DNA of 32,000 nucleotides from Buchnera aphidicola (Neophyllaphis podocarpi) (GCF_964059055.1 NZ_OZ060386.1:450001-482000); one strand, 5' to 3'. Numbered from the stretch's first letter, positions 10,369 to 21,643 are shown. Translations and numbers: made by a program. Notes: generated from the letters alone by a model not told the origin.

Positions 10369-10398
10369 AAGATATCAATTTAGCTACCAATATGTCAA
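10369..10398 (-). promoter_or_regulatory. candidate sigma-70 promoter of ffs
   Basis: On the minus strand: TTGACA (10398-10393), an 18-nt spacer, TATCTT (10374-10369), then 7 nt to the predicted first base of the 4.5S RNA at 10361. Confidence 0.45.
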
Positions 10399-10441
10399 GT
10401 AATTTATATTAAAATTTAAAAATAAATTATTATATAAAAAA

Positions 10442-11572
10442 ATGAAAAAAATAAATTATACTGCTCTTGCTAGAAAATGGAGACCTAAATTATTTAAAGA
10501 AGTAGTAGGGCAAAAATATATTATTAATGCTATATCAAATGGATTATTTTTACAAAAAATTCATCATTCTTGGTTATTTTCAGGAACTAGAGGAGTAGGA
10601 AAAACTACTATTGCTAGAATATTAGCTAAAAGTTTAAATTGTGAAAAAGGAATTAGTCCTACACCATGTAGAAAATGTTCAAATTGTAAAGAAATAGAAG
10701 AAGGTAACTTTATTGATTTTATTGAAATAGATGCTGCTTCAAGAACTAAAGTTGAAAATATAAGAGAATTATTAGATAATATGAAATATTTACCAGTAAA
10801 AGGTAAATTTAAAATTTATTTAATAGATGAAATACATATGTTATCTAAAAGTAGTTTTAATGCTTTATTAAAAACATTAGAAGAACCACTTTCACATATA
10901 AAAATAATTTCTGCTACAACAGAAATTAATAGAATTCCTCTAACATTTATTTCAAGATGTTTGTATTTCAATTTAAGATTAATATCTAAAACAGAAATAT
11001 TAAATTATTTAAAAAATATTTTAACAATAGAAAAAATTGATTTCAAAATAGAAGATCTTAAAAAAATTGCAGAAGAAGCACAAGGTAGTATGAGAGATGC
11101 TCTAAATATAACAGAAAAATCTATAAGTGTTAAAAAAAATAATGAAAGTATAGAAAATATTTATATAAAAATTGAGAATGAAATTAAACAAAAAGATATA
11201 TCTAAAATTATATTTTATTTAATAAAATGTCAATCATATAAAGTAATAAAATTTTTAAATAGATCAGAATTATATAATTTAAATTGGGATAATTTTCTTT
11301 CAGAGATATTATATGTATTACATAATATGGCCTTGATGAAAAATTTTCCTATAATGGAGAAAATTCAAATAGAAAATAAAATTAGTAATATTCAAGAAAT
11401 AACTAAAGAAATAAAAATAAAAGAAATTCATTTATTATATAAAACTATTCTAAAAGCAAAAAAAGATATAAAATATGCTCCAAGCAAGAAAATAGGAGTA
11501 GAAATGATATTTTTAGAATTTTTAAGTAAAATAAAACAAAATACAGAAATCGAAAAAAAAAATAGAAACTAA
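10442..11572 (+). CDS. dnaX: DNA polymerase III clamp-loader subunit, gamma-length DnaX (no tau C-terminal domains)
   Basis: 376 aa. The N-terminus YTALARKWRPKLFKEVVGQ, Walker A GTRGVGKTT, the Zn module CEKGISPTPCRKCSNCKEI, Walker B YLIDEIHML and SRC (ISRC) are all present. The ORF ends after the clamp-loader core. Confidence 0.92.
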   Translation: MKKINYTALARKWRPKLFKEVVGQKYIINAISNGLFLQKIHHSWLFSGTRGVGKTTIARILAKSLNCEKGISPTPCRKCSNCKEIEEGNFIDFIEIDAASRTKVENIRELLDNMKYLPVKGKFKIYLIDEIHMLSKSSFNALLKTLEEPLSHIKIISATTEINRIPLTFISRCLYFNLRLISKTEILNYLKNILTIEKIDFKIEDLKKIAEEAQGSMRDALNITEKSISVKKNNESIENIYIKIENEIKQKDISKIIFYLIKCQSYKVIKFLNRSELYNLNWDNFLSEILYVLHNMALMKNFPIMEKIQIENKISNIQEITKEIKIKEIHLLYKTILKAKKDIKYAPSKKIGVEMIFLEFLSKIKQNTEIEKKNRN

Positions 11573-11822
11573 CAAATTCATAAAAATAAAAAATAATTTA
11601 ATAAAAATAAAATATAAGAAAGAAAAAATAAGAGAATTAAAAACATAACAAATAAAACTATCAATAAATTCATAAATCTAAAAAAATTGAAAAAATACAG
11701 AAAAAAACAAAAAATAAAATTATTGATCAAAATATTGTTTTGATAAAAAAACATTTGATGCTGAAATAAAAAAATAATAATATATTTTAACAAATGAAAC
11801 ATTTTTATGGAGAAAATTTAAT

Positions 11823-12155
11823 ATGTTAAATAAAGGAGGAATAAATAACCTCATGAAGCAAGCACAAAAGATGCAAGAAAAGATGTCTAAAGTTCAAAAA
11901 GAAATATCAGTTATGGAAGTAACAGGTGAATCAGGAGCTGGTTTAGTAAAAATTACTATAAATGGATCATATAACTGCATAAAAACAGAAATAGATCCCA
12001 CTTTATTCAAAGAAAATGAAAAAGAAATGCTAGAAGATTTAGTAGTAGCAGCATTTAATGATGCTTCAAGAAAAATCTCAGAACTACAAAAAAATAAAAT
12101 GTCCTTAATTTCAAATAATATGAATTTACCAAATGGTTTTAATATGCCTTTTTAA
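11823..12155 (+). CDS. ybaB: nucleoid-associated protein YbaB/EbfC
   Basis: 110 aa. [21 protein letters not shown]...[20 protein letters not shown]...LPNGFNMPF is collinear with E. coli YbaB end to end. Confidence 0.95.
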   Translation: MLNKGGINNLMKQAQKMQEKMSKVQKEISVMEVTGESGAGLVKITINGSYNCIKTEIDPTLFKENEKEMLEDLVVAAFNDASRKISELQKNKMSLISNNMNLPNGFNMPF

Positions 12156-12173
12156 AAAAAGAGATAAAATTTT

Positions 12174-14078
12174 ATGAAAGAAAATAAAACATATAAATTT
12201 AAATCAGAAGTAAAACAATTATTGAATTTAATGATAAATTCATTATATTCGAATAAAGAAATATTTATGAGAGAACTGATATCAAATGCATCAGATGCTA
12301 TAGATAAATTACGTTTTAAAATAATATCTGAACCTAAAATATATAAAAATAACAATGAAAATAAAATACGTATATCTGTAAATAAAGATAATAAAACTTT
12401 GATAATTAAAGATAATGGTATAGGTATGAGTTATGATGAAGTTATTGAAAATTTAGGAACTATAGCTAAATCAGGAACAAAATCTTTTATTGAGTCATTA
12501 ACATCAAATAAAGATAATAATAATCAATTAATAGGAAAATTTGGAGTAGGTTTTTATTCATCATTTATTGTATCTAAAAAAGTACAAGTTAAAACCAGAT
12601 CTGCCAAATTAAAAAAAGAAGAAGGAGTATGTTGGGAATCTAAAGGAGAAGGAGAGTACTCTATTAAAAAGATAATAAAAGAAGATATAGGAACTGAAAT
12701 AATTTTAAGTATTAAAAAAGAAAATATAGAATTTCTAGATACTTGGAAAATACAAAGTATTATACATAAATATTCAGATCATATATCAATACCTGTAGAG
12801 CTACAAATTTTAGATGAAAAAAATAAAGATCTTTATTGGAAACAAATAAATCAAGCTACAGCACTATGGACTAAAGAAAAATCAAATATTAGCGAAAAAG
12901 AATATCAGGAATTTTATAAATATATATCAAAAGATTCAAATGCACCAATATATTGGACTCATAATAAAGTAGAAGGAAATCAAGAATATATAAATTTATT
13001 ATATATTCCTAGTAAAGCACCATGGGATATATGGAATCGTGAAAATAAACATGGATTAAAACTATATGTAAAACGTGTTTATATCATGGATGATGCAGAG
13101 CAATTTTTACCTAATTACCTTAGATTTATAAAAGGATTAATAGATTCAGATGATCTTCCTTTAAACATTTCTAGAGAAATTCTTCAAGATAGTAGTCTAA
13201 TTAATAAATTAAAAAAATCTTTAACAAATAGATCATTAAAAATGTTAGAAACACTGTCTATAAAAGACAAAAAAAAATATGAAACATTTTGGAAAGAATT
13301 TGGTTTAGTTTTAAAAGAAGGAATAGCTGAAGATTTAAATAATAAAGACAAAATAGCTAAATTAATACGTTTTGCATCTATTAAAAATAAAAGTAATATA
13401 CAAAATTTATCATTAGATGATTATATAAATAACATGATAAAAAATCAAGAAAAAATATATTTTATTACAGCTGATAGTTATAATTCTGCTATAAATAGTC
13501 CTCACTTAGAATTTTTTAAAAAAGAATCAATAGATGTTTTATTGCTATCAGATAAAATAGATGAATGGATGATGAGTTATCTTACAGAATACAAAGGAAA
13601 AAAATTTCAATCTGTAAGTAAAAAAGATGAATCATTAAAAAAAATATTGGATATTAAAGAAAATAAAAAAACAGAAAAAGTTAACTTTAAAATGTCTAAA
13701 TTTTTAGAAAATGCAAAAAAAATACTAGGAGATAAAGTTAAAGATGTTAGTTTTACAGATAGATTAATAAAAGTACCTTCTATAGTTATTACTGATAACG
13801 ATCAAATAAGCACACAGATGGCTAAATTATTTGCATCAGCGGGCCAAAAAGTACCTGAAATTAAATATATTTTTCAAATAAATCCTAATCATTTTTTAAT
13901 AAAAGAAATTATAGAAATAAATAATGAAGAAAATTTGTCTGAATGGATAAATTTATTACTAGAACAAGCTTTATTTATAGAAAAAGGAACATTAAATGAT
14001 CCTAATAAATTTATAAATAGAACAAATAAATTAATGGAAATATTATTTAATAAAAATAATAATAAAATTATATTATAA
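12174..14078 (+). CDS. htpG: chaperone HtpG (Hsp90)
   Basis: 634 aa. The GHKL N-terminal motifs ([50 protein letters not shown]) and the middle-domain motif [12 protein letters not shown] are present. Confidence 0.97.
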   Translation: MKENKTYKFKSEVKQLLNLMINSLYSNKEIFMRELISNASDAIDKLRFKIISEPKIYKNNNENKIRISVNKDNKTLIIKDNGIGMSYDEVIENLGTIAKSGTKSFIESLTSNKDNNNQLIGKFGVGFYSSFIVSKKVQVKTRSAKLKKEEGVCWESKGEGEYSIKKIIKEDIGTEIILSIKKENIEFLDTWKIQSIIHKYSDHISIPVELQILDEKNKDLYWKQINQATALWTKEKSNISEKEYQEFYKYISKDSNAPIYWTHNKVEGNQEYINLLYIPSKAPWDIWNRENKHGLKLYVKRVYIMDDAEQFLPNYLRFIKGLIDSDDLPLNISREILQDSSLINKLKKSLTNRSLKMLETLSIKDKKKYETFWKEFGLVLKEGIAEDLNNKDKIAKLIRFASIKNKSNIQNLSLDDYINNMIKNQEKIYFITADSYNSAINSPHLEFFKKESIDVLLLSDKIDEWMMSYLTEYKGKKFQSVSKKDESLKKILDIKENKKTEKVNFKMSKFLENAKKILGDKVKDVSFTDRLIKVPSIVITDNDQISTQMAKLFASAGQKVPEIKYIFQINPNHFLIKEIIEINNEENLSEWINLLLEQALFIEKGTLNDPNKFINRTNKLMEILFNKNNNKIIL

Positions 14079-14201
14079 ATATATAAATAAAAATACCTTA
14101 CCTGTTTTAAAAAATAGTAAAATTATATGTTTTTAGTATAAAAATGATGTAAAATTTTTAAAAGTTTAATAAAATTAAATAATAAGAGAAACTAAAAAAC
14201 T

Positions 14202-14843
14202 ATGCGTATTATTTTACTAGGTGCACCTGGAACAGGTAAGGGAACTCAAGCCAAATTAATTTCTGATATATACAAAATTCCTAATATCTCTACAGGAATA
14301 ATTTTAAGAAAACAAATAAAAAAAAATAAACAAATAAAAAAAATTATAGAATCAGGAAAATTAGTAAGTGATGAAATAGTTATTTCATTAATAAAAAAAA
14401 GAATATCTCAAATAGATTGCAAAAAAGGATTTATATTGGATGGTTTTCCTCGAACAATATTTCAGGCCGAAGCGATGCAAAAAGAAAAAATTAAAGTAGA
14501 TTATGTTTTAGAATTTAAGCTATCAATTAATCAAATTATAAAACGAATTACAGGAAGAAGAATTCATTTAAAATCGGGAAGATCTTATCATATTCAATTT
14601 AAAAAACCAATATTAGAAGGAAAAGATGATATAACAGGAGAAAGTTTAGAAATACGTAAAGATGATAATATATTAATTTTAAAAAAAAGACTAAAAGAAT
14701 ATAAATTTAATAGAATATTATTAATGAATTTTTATCTTAAAGAAAAAAACAAAAAAAAACTAAAATACAAAATAATAAATGCTAATGAAAACACGGAAAC
14801 AATTACATCTAAAATAAAAGATATAATCTCTAAAAAATATTAA
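14202..14843 (+). CDS. adk: adenylate kinase
   Basis: 213 aa. It has the P-loop MRIILLGAPGTGKGTQA, GFILDGFPRT, and the LID segment GRRIHLKSGRSYHIQFKKPILEGKDDITGE. Confidence 0.97.
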   Translation: MRIILLGAPGTGKGTQAKLISDIYKIPNISTGIILRKQIKKNKQIKKIIESGKLVSDEIVISLIKKRISQIDCKKGFILDGFPRTIFQAEAMQKEKIKVDYVLEFKLSINQIIKRITGRRIHLKSGRSYHIQFKKPILEGKDDITGESLEIRKDDNILILKKRLKEYKFNRILLMNFYLKEKNKKKLKYKIINANENTETITSKIKDIISKKY

Positions 14844-14858
14844 AATATGATAGTTTTG

Positions 14859-14883
14859 AAAACTAAATAAAAATCTTAGTTTT
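14859..14883 (+). terminator. AT-only hairpin after adk (weak candidate terminator)
   Basis: aaaactaa-ataaaaatc-ttagtttt forms an 8-bp stem and runs into a T tract (to 14887). The stem contains a single G-C pair, so support is weak. Confidence 0.25.
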
Positions 14884-14886
14884 TTT

Positions 14887-14960
14887 GCGCTTTACTGGAT
14901 TCGAACCAGTGACCTACGGCTTAGAAGGCCGTTGCTCTATCCATCTGAGCTAAAAGCGCT
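14887..14960 (-). tRNA. argU: tRNA-Arg (anticodon UCU)
   Basis: The reverse complement GCGCTTTTAGCTCAGATGGATAGAGCAACGGCCTTCTAAGCCGTAGGTCACTGGTTCGAATCCAGTAAAGCGCA folds as a cloverleaf with anticodon loop CTTCTAA. It is close to E. coli argU. No CCA is encoded; the discriminator A is followed by AAAAAA. Confidence 0.95.
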
Positions 14961-15092
14961 TGTAAAAAAAATTATTAATCTTAAAAAAATATTAACTCTA
15001 AATATTATAATATTTTAAAAAAATAAAATCAATTAAAATTATATTTATAAAAATAAAAAATTTATATTATAAATATAATTAGAGTATAAAAA

Positions 15093-15959
15093 ATGAAAAA
15101 ATCAAAAATTATAGATGGTATAAAAATTTCTAATGAAATTATAGATAAAATAAAAAATCAAGTAAAAAAAAGAATTCAAAAAAAAGCAAAAATTCCATAT
15201 TTAGCTGTAATTATTATAGGAGATAATCCGGCATCTAAAATATATGTCCAAAAAAAAGAAAATAAATGCAAAGAAGTAGGTTTTATATCAAAAACTTTTT
15301 ATTTTTCTAAAGAAGTAAGAGAAACTAAAGTTATAAATCTAATAAAATCTTTGAATAAAGATAATAATATAGATGCTATATTAGTACAATTACCATTACC
15401 TAATCATATTAATAAAAATAAAATTATAAATAGTATTTCAATATATAAAGATGTAGATGGCTTTAATCCATATAATACAGGTAGTTTATGCCAAGGTACT
15501 CCTAAGCTAAGACCTTGTACTCCCAAGGGAATTATGAGTTTACTAAATGCATACAATATAAAAACTCACGGATTAAATGCAGTAGTAATAGGAGCTTCAA
15601 ATGTAGTAGGAAGACCTATGGGATTAGAACTACTATTAGCAGGTTGTACAACTACTATAACACATCGTTTTACTAAAAATTTAAAAGAATATACTAAACT
15701 TGCAGATTTGTTAATAGTAGCAGTAGGAAAAGCAAATTTTATTAATAGTGACTGGATAAAAGACAAAGCTATAATAATAGATGTAGGAATAAATAAATTA
15801 AAAAACGGTAAAATAGTAGGAGATGTTAACTTTAAATCTATGTTATTAAAAGCCTCTTATATAACTCCTGTACCAGGAGGAGTAGGACCAATGACAATAG
15901 CATCTCTTTTAGAAAACACATTAGAAGCATGTAAAAATTTATCTAAAATAAAAAATTAA
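15093..15959 (+). CDS. folD: bifunctional methylenetetrahydrofolate dehydrogenase/cyclohydrolase
   Basis: 288 aa. [52 protein letters not shown] and [10 protein letters not shown] are all conserved. Confidence 0.97.
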   Translation: MKKSKIIDGIKISNEIIDKIKNQVKKRIQKKAKIPYLAVIIIGDNPASKIYVQKKENKCKEVGFISKTFYFSKEVRETKVINLIKSLNKDNNIDAILVQLPLPNHINKNKIINSISIYKDVDGFNPYNTGSLCQGTPKLRPCTPKGIMSLLNAYNIKTHGLNAVVIGASNVVGRPMGLELLLAGCTTTITHRFTKNLKEYTKLADLLIVAVGKANFINSDWIKDKAIIIDVGINKLKNGKIVGDVNFKSMLLKASYITPVPGGVGPMTIASLLENTLEACKNLSKIKN

Positions 15960-15981
15960 AAAACTATTTATAAATAAATCT

Positions 15982-17427
15982 TTATTTCCATTTCCATAAA
16001 GTTCCTTCTGGTGTATCTTCAAGTATAACACCCAAAAGTGATAATTTATGACGTATATAATCTGCATAATGCCAAGAACTATTAATTCTTGCATGTTTTC
16101 TTAAAAGAACTAAGTTTTCAATTTCAGATATAGATTGATTTTGTCTAGTTTTTTTATTATTAAAAAAATCAACAGAACTTTGAAGTAATAAACCCAAAAT
16201 GTTTGATAATAATTTTAATTTAAAAGCTAATTTTTGTGTTTCAAAATCATTATTTAATAATTTACTACGATTTATTTTATGAGCTAAAGAAAATAATACT
16301 CTTAAAGCTTTTGGTGTGTTGAAATCATCATTCATAGCTTCGTAAAAAGAATGCTCAAATTCAAGTCCAATTATTTCTTTATTTAATTTCATATATGATG
16401 AAGAAACAATTATTTTATCAGCTTTAGTACCACGCATTGCAATATATAAACGTTCTAAAGATAAACGTGATTGAAATAATTTTTCTTTATTATAATAAAT
16501 AGGATGTCTATAATGACTAGAAATTATAAACAAACGAATAGTTTCATGATCATATAATTTTAGCAACTCTCTTATAGTTAAAAAATTTCCATATGATTTA
16601 GACATTTTTCTGTTTTGAGTAATAATCATACCAACATGCATCCAATAATTAACATATTTACAATTATTAAAACAAGTTGATTGAGATATTTCATTTTCAT
16701 GATGAGGAAAAATTAGATCAGACCCTCCACCATGAATATCCAAATTAGAACCAAAGTATTTATTAATTATAGCAGAACACTCTATATGCCAACCAGGTCT
16801 ACCTTTACCCCATGGAGATATCCATGATGCACCTTCCTTTATAAAAGAAGAAATTTTATTATTTTTTAAACATTTCCATAGAACAAAATCTAAAGGATTT
16901 TTTTTATGAACATTCAATTTAATACTAGAACCTATTTTTAACTTTTGAATTTTTTGTCTAGATAACTTTCCATAATCTATGTAACTATCAATAGAAAACA
17001 TAACATCACCATTATTAGATATATATGCATAATTATTATCTAACAAGCAACCAATCATATTAATAATGTCATTAATATGATTGGTTGCTTTAGGTTCATA
17101 ACTTGGTTTTATCATTTTTAAATCATTAAAGTCTTTATGCATATTATTAATCATATTTTTAGTAAATGAATGAATATTTTCTTTATTGATAATAGATTTA
17201 TCAATAATTTTATCATCTATATCTGTAATATTTCTCACATAATTTACATTATAACCAATATGAACAAAGTAACGATATACAATATCAAATATTATAAATG
17301 TTCTAGCATGTCCTAAATGACATAAATCATATACGGTTACACCGCATACATAAATATTAATGTTATTTTTAATATTAGGTTTAAATTTTTCTTTTTTATG
17401 AGTTAATGTATTAAAAATATTTAACAT
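15982..17427 (-). CDS. cysS: cysteinyl-tRNA synthetase
   Basis: 481 aa. It carries the class I signatures HLGHA and KMSKS, and GRPGWHIECS. Confidence 0.97.
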   Translation of the reverse strand: MLNIFNTLTHKKEKFKPNIKNNINIYVCGVTVYDLCHLGHARTFIIFDIVYRYFVHIGYNVNYVRNITDIDDKIIDKSIINKENIHSFTKNMINNMHKDFNDLKMIKPSYEPKATNHINDIINMIGCLLDNNYAYISNNGDVMFSIDSYIDYGKLSRQKIQKLKIGSSIKLNVHKKNPLDFVLWKCLKNNKISSFIKEGASWISPWGKGRPGWHIECSAIINKYFGSNLDIHGGGSDLIFPHHENEISQSTCFNNCKYVNYWMHVGMIITQNRKMSKSYGNFLTIRELLKLYDHETIRLFIISSHYRHPIYYNKEKLFQSRLSLERLYIAMRGTKADKIIVSSSYMKLNKEIIGLEFEHSFYEAMNDDFNTPKALRVLFSLAHKINRSKLLNNDFETQKLAFKLKLLSNILGLLLQSSVDFFNNKKTRQNQSISEIENLVLLRKHARINSSWHYADYIRHKLSLLGVILEDTPEGTLWKWK

Positions 17428-17652
17428 ATTAATCCTTTAAATTAATATAAAATATTGTATAAAAATGATATAATTTTTAAGATTAAAAAATTTATAGTAA
17501 TATTATTTTAATAATAAAATATTTTAATAAAATTAAACATAGATAATTTTATTATTTAATACGATATAAAAATTAAAATATAAAAATTATAATTTAATTA
17601 AATAAATTTTTTAAGATTAATTAATTTATTAATTAAGCAAATAGAGAATAAA

Positions 17653-17916
17653 ATGAAAAATAAATTACATGAATTAATTAAATTTCCTTGTAATTTTACT
17701 TATAAAGTAATAGGAATGGCTCATCCGGAACTTGTAGATAAAATTATCAGAGTGATACAACTACAAATTCCAGGAGACTATGCTCCTGTAGTAAAAAAAA
17801 GTAATAGAGGAAATTATCTTTCTATATCGATTACAATATTTGCTTCAAATATCAATCAAATAGAACATTTATATTACGAACTTAGTAGAATTAACATAGT
17901 AAGAATAGTATTATAA
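17653..17916 (+). CDS. ybeD: UPF0250 family protein YbeD
   Basis: 87 aa. MKNKLHELIKFPCNFTYKVIGMAHPELVD...NYLSISITI...IVRIVL is collinear with E. coli YbeD. Confidence 0.9.
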   Translation: MKNKLHELIKFPCNFTYKVIGMAHPELVDKIIRVIQLQIPGDYAPVVKKSNRGNYLSISITIFASNINQIEHLYYELSRINIVRIVL

Positions 17917-17940
17917 TTTTCAAATTAGTAAAAATAAGAA

Positions 17941-17971
17941 AGTGCAGTTATATTTGAATATATTCTGCACT
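17941..17971. terminator. candidate bidirectional terminator between convergent ybeD and cspE
   Basis: AGTGCAG (17941-17947) pairs with CTGCACT (17965-17971), a 7-bp stem with 4 G-C pairs and a 17-nt loop. T-rich sequence follows on both strands (taattttatt on +, ttcttattttt on -). Confidence 0.45.
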
Positions 17972-18036
17972 TAATTTTATTAGGATTTAAGATTTTAATA
18001 AAAATAATTATAATTATTAATATAATATTAATTTAT

Positions 18037-18246
18037 TTATAAACTAACTACATTAGTAGCCGAAGGACCTTTAGCACCTTCAGTAATCTCAAATTCTACA
18101 CTTTGACCTTCTGACAAAGTTTTAAATCCATTACTCTGAATAGCAGAAAAATGAACAAAAACATCTTTACTCCCATCTTCTGGAGTAATAAAACCGAATC
18201 CTTTGGATTCATTAAACCATTTAACATTACCTTTAATCTTGGACAT
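18037..18246 (-). CDS. cspE: cold-shock-domain protein CspE
   Basis: 69 aa. [37 protein letters not shown]... is almost identical to E. coli CspE, with RNP1 KGFGFI and RNP2 VFVHF. Confidence 0.95.
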   Translation of the reverse strand: MSKIKGNVKWFNESKGFGFITPEDGSKDVFVHFSAIQSNGFKTLSEGQSVEFEITEGAKGPSATNVVSL

Positions 18247-18445
18247 CTTTATTACCTTAAATTAACAATAAACTTAACATTGAAACTTTTTAAAAACTTA
18301 ATTATATAAGTTAATTTTTATACTAAATAAAATTTGGATTCTAACATATTCAATTAATAAATTTTAAATCAAAATGTAATTTTATTTCATTTAAAAAAAT
18401 TATATTTTTATTAAATTATAAAATTTTATTAAATAAAATATATTG

Positions 18446-18572
18446 ATACCTGGCATTTTCCTACTCTCACACAGGGAGAGCCCTGCACTACCATCGGCGT
18501 TACGACGTTTCACTTCTGAGTTCGGTATGGTATAAAATTCAGGTGGTACCATCGTGCTATTGATGCCAGGTA
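18446..18572 (-). rRNA. rrf: 5S ribosomal RNA (about 127 nt)
   Basis: The reverse complement TACCTGGCATCAATAGCACGATGGTACCACCTGA...CCGAACTCAGAAGTGAAACGTCGTAACGCCGATGGTAGTG...GAGAGTAGGAAAATGCCAGGTAT aligns along its length with E. coli 5S. It is 7 nt longer (+6 in loop C, +1 elsewhere). Confidence 0.93.
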
Positions 18573-18584
18573 TATAAAAATTGA

Positions 18585-18596
18585 CAAATTGTTAAA
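18585..18596 (-). repeat. boxA-core-like element in the 23S-5S spacer (direct repeat of 21722-21733)
   Basis: The + strand caaattgttaaa is identical to 21722-21733. In the RNA sense it reads UUUAACAAUUUG, which is the boxA core without the 5' GCUC. Confidence 0.5.
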
Positions 18597-18603
18597 ATAT
18601 CTA

Positions 18604-18613
18604 GGAACAAGCT
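18604..18613 (-). repeat. 3' half of the outer long-range helix flanking 23S
   Basis: ggaacaagct is the exact reverse complement of agcttgttcc at 21713-21722 (10/10). Confidence 0.6.
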
Positions 18614-18637
18614 TTTTTAAACAATATAATAAAACAC

Positions 18638-18649
18638 CTATGGTGTTGC

Positions 18650-18659
<10 letters not shown>
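18638..18659 (-). repeat. 3' half of the 23S processing stem (helix 1 plus extension)
   Basis: The 22-nt ctatggtgttgcaagattaagc is the exact reverse complement of 21622-21643. It brackets the mature 23S ends, as at the enterobacterial RNase III site. Confidence 0.75.
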
Positions 18660-21621
<2,962 letters not shown>

Positions 21622-21629
<8 letters not shown>

Positions 21630-21643
21630 TTGCAACACCATAG
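21622..21643 (-). repeat. 5' half of the 23S processing stem
   Basis: gcttaatcttgcaacaccatag is the exact reverse complement of 18638-18659. Confidence 0.75.

Noticed and set aside
11553-11565. An A10 tract near the end of dnaX as a possible analogue of the E. coli A-AAA-AAG programmed -1 frameshift. A -1 shift here hits TAG at 11563-11565 immediately.
   Set aside because: The zero-frame product ends only 3 codons later, so the two products would differ by three residues. The other shifted frame adds only a 28-codon Lys/Ile-rich tail with no resemblance to tau. There is no downstream stimulatory hairpin. The similarity to the gamma/tau mechanism is coincidental, and the tract is simply one of many poly(A) runs.
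11578-11802. A 74-aa minus-strand ORF filling the dnaX-ybaB spacer, considered as a possible small hydrophobic protein.
   Set aside because: It is pure Phe/Leu/Ile/Asn low complexity produced by reading the A-rich spacer in reverse. It has no SD and no TM-like organisation beyond composition. The spacer is better explained as eroded + strand sequence.
12060-12173. A possible sigma-32 promoter for htpG (CCTTAATTT at about 12102-12110 resembles the decayed lon -10). A comparable motif was also looked for upstream of clpP.
   Set aside because: No acceptable TTGAA-like -35 lies at 13-15 nt (the best is ctacaa, 3/6). The clpP upstream region contains no C-rich -10 at all. The evidence is too weak to call.
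18581-18586. A perfect TTGACA on the + strand in the 23S-5S spacer, and TATAAT on the + strand at 21953-21958, considered as possible antisense promoters.
   Set aside because: Neither has a partner element at a proper spacing (no -10 lies 16-18 nt after 18586, and no -35 lies before 21953). Both overlap minus-strand functional elements (the boxA-like repeat and the rRNA promoter), which account for the sequence.
18633-18647. A local palindrome aacacc-tat-ggtgtt in the 23S-5S spacer, considered as a small hairpin or terminator.
   Set aside because: Its right arm belongs to the 22-bp long-range processing stem that pairs with 21622-21643, and that pairing explains its conservation. No T-run follows it, and 5S lies downstream in the same transcript.
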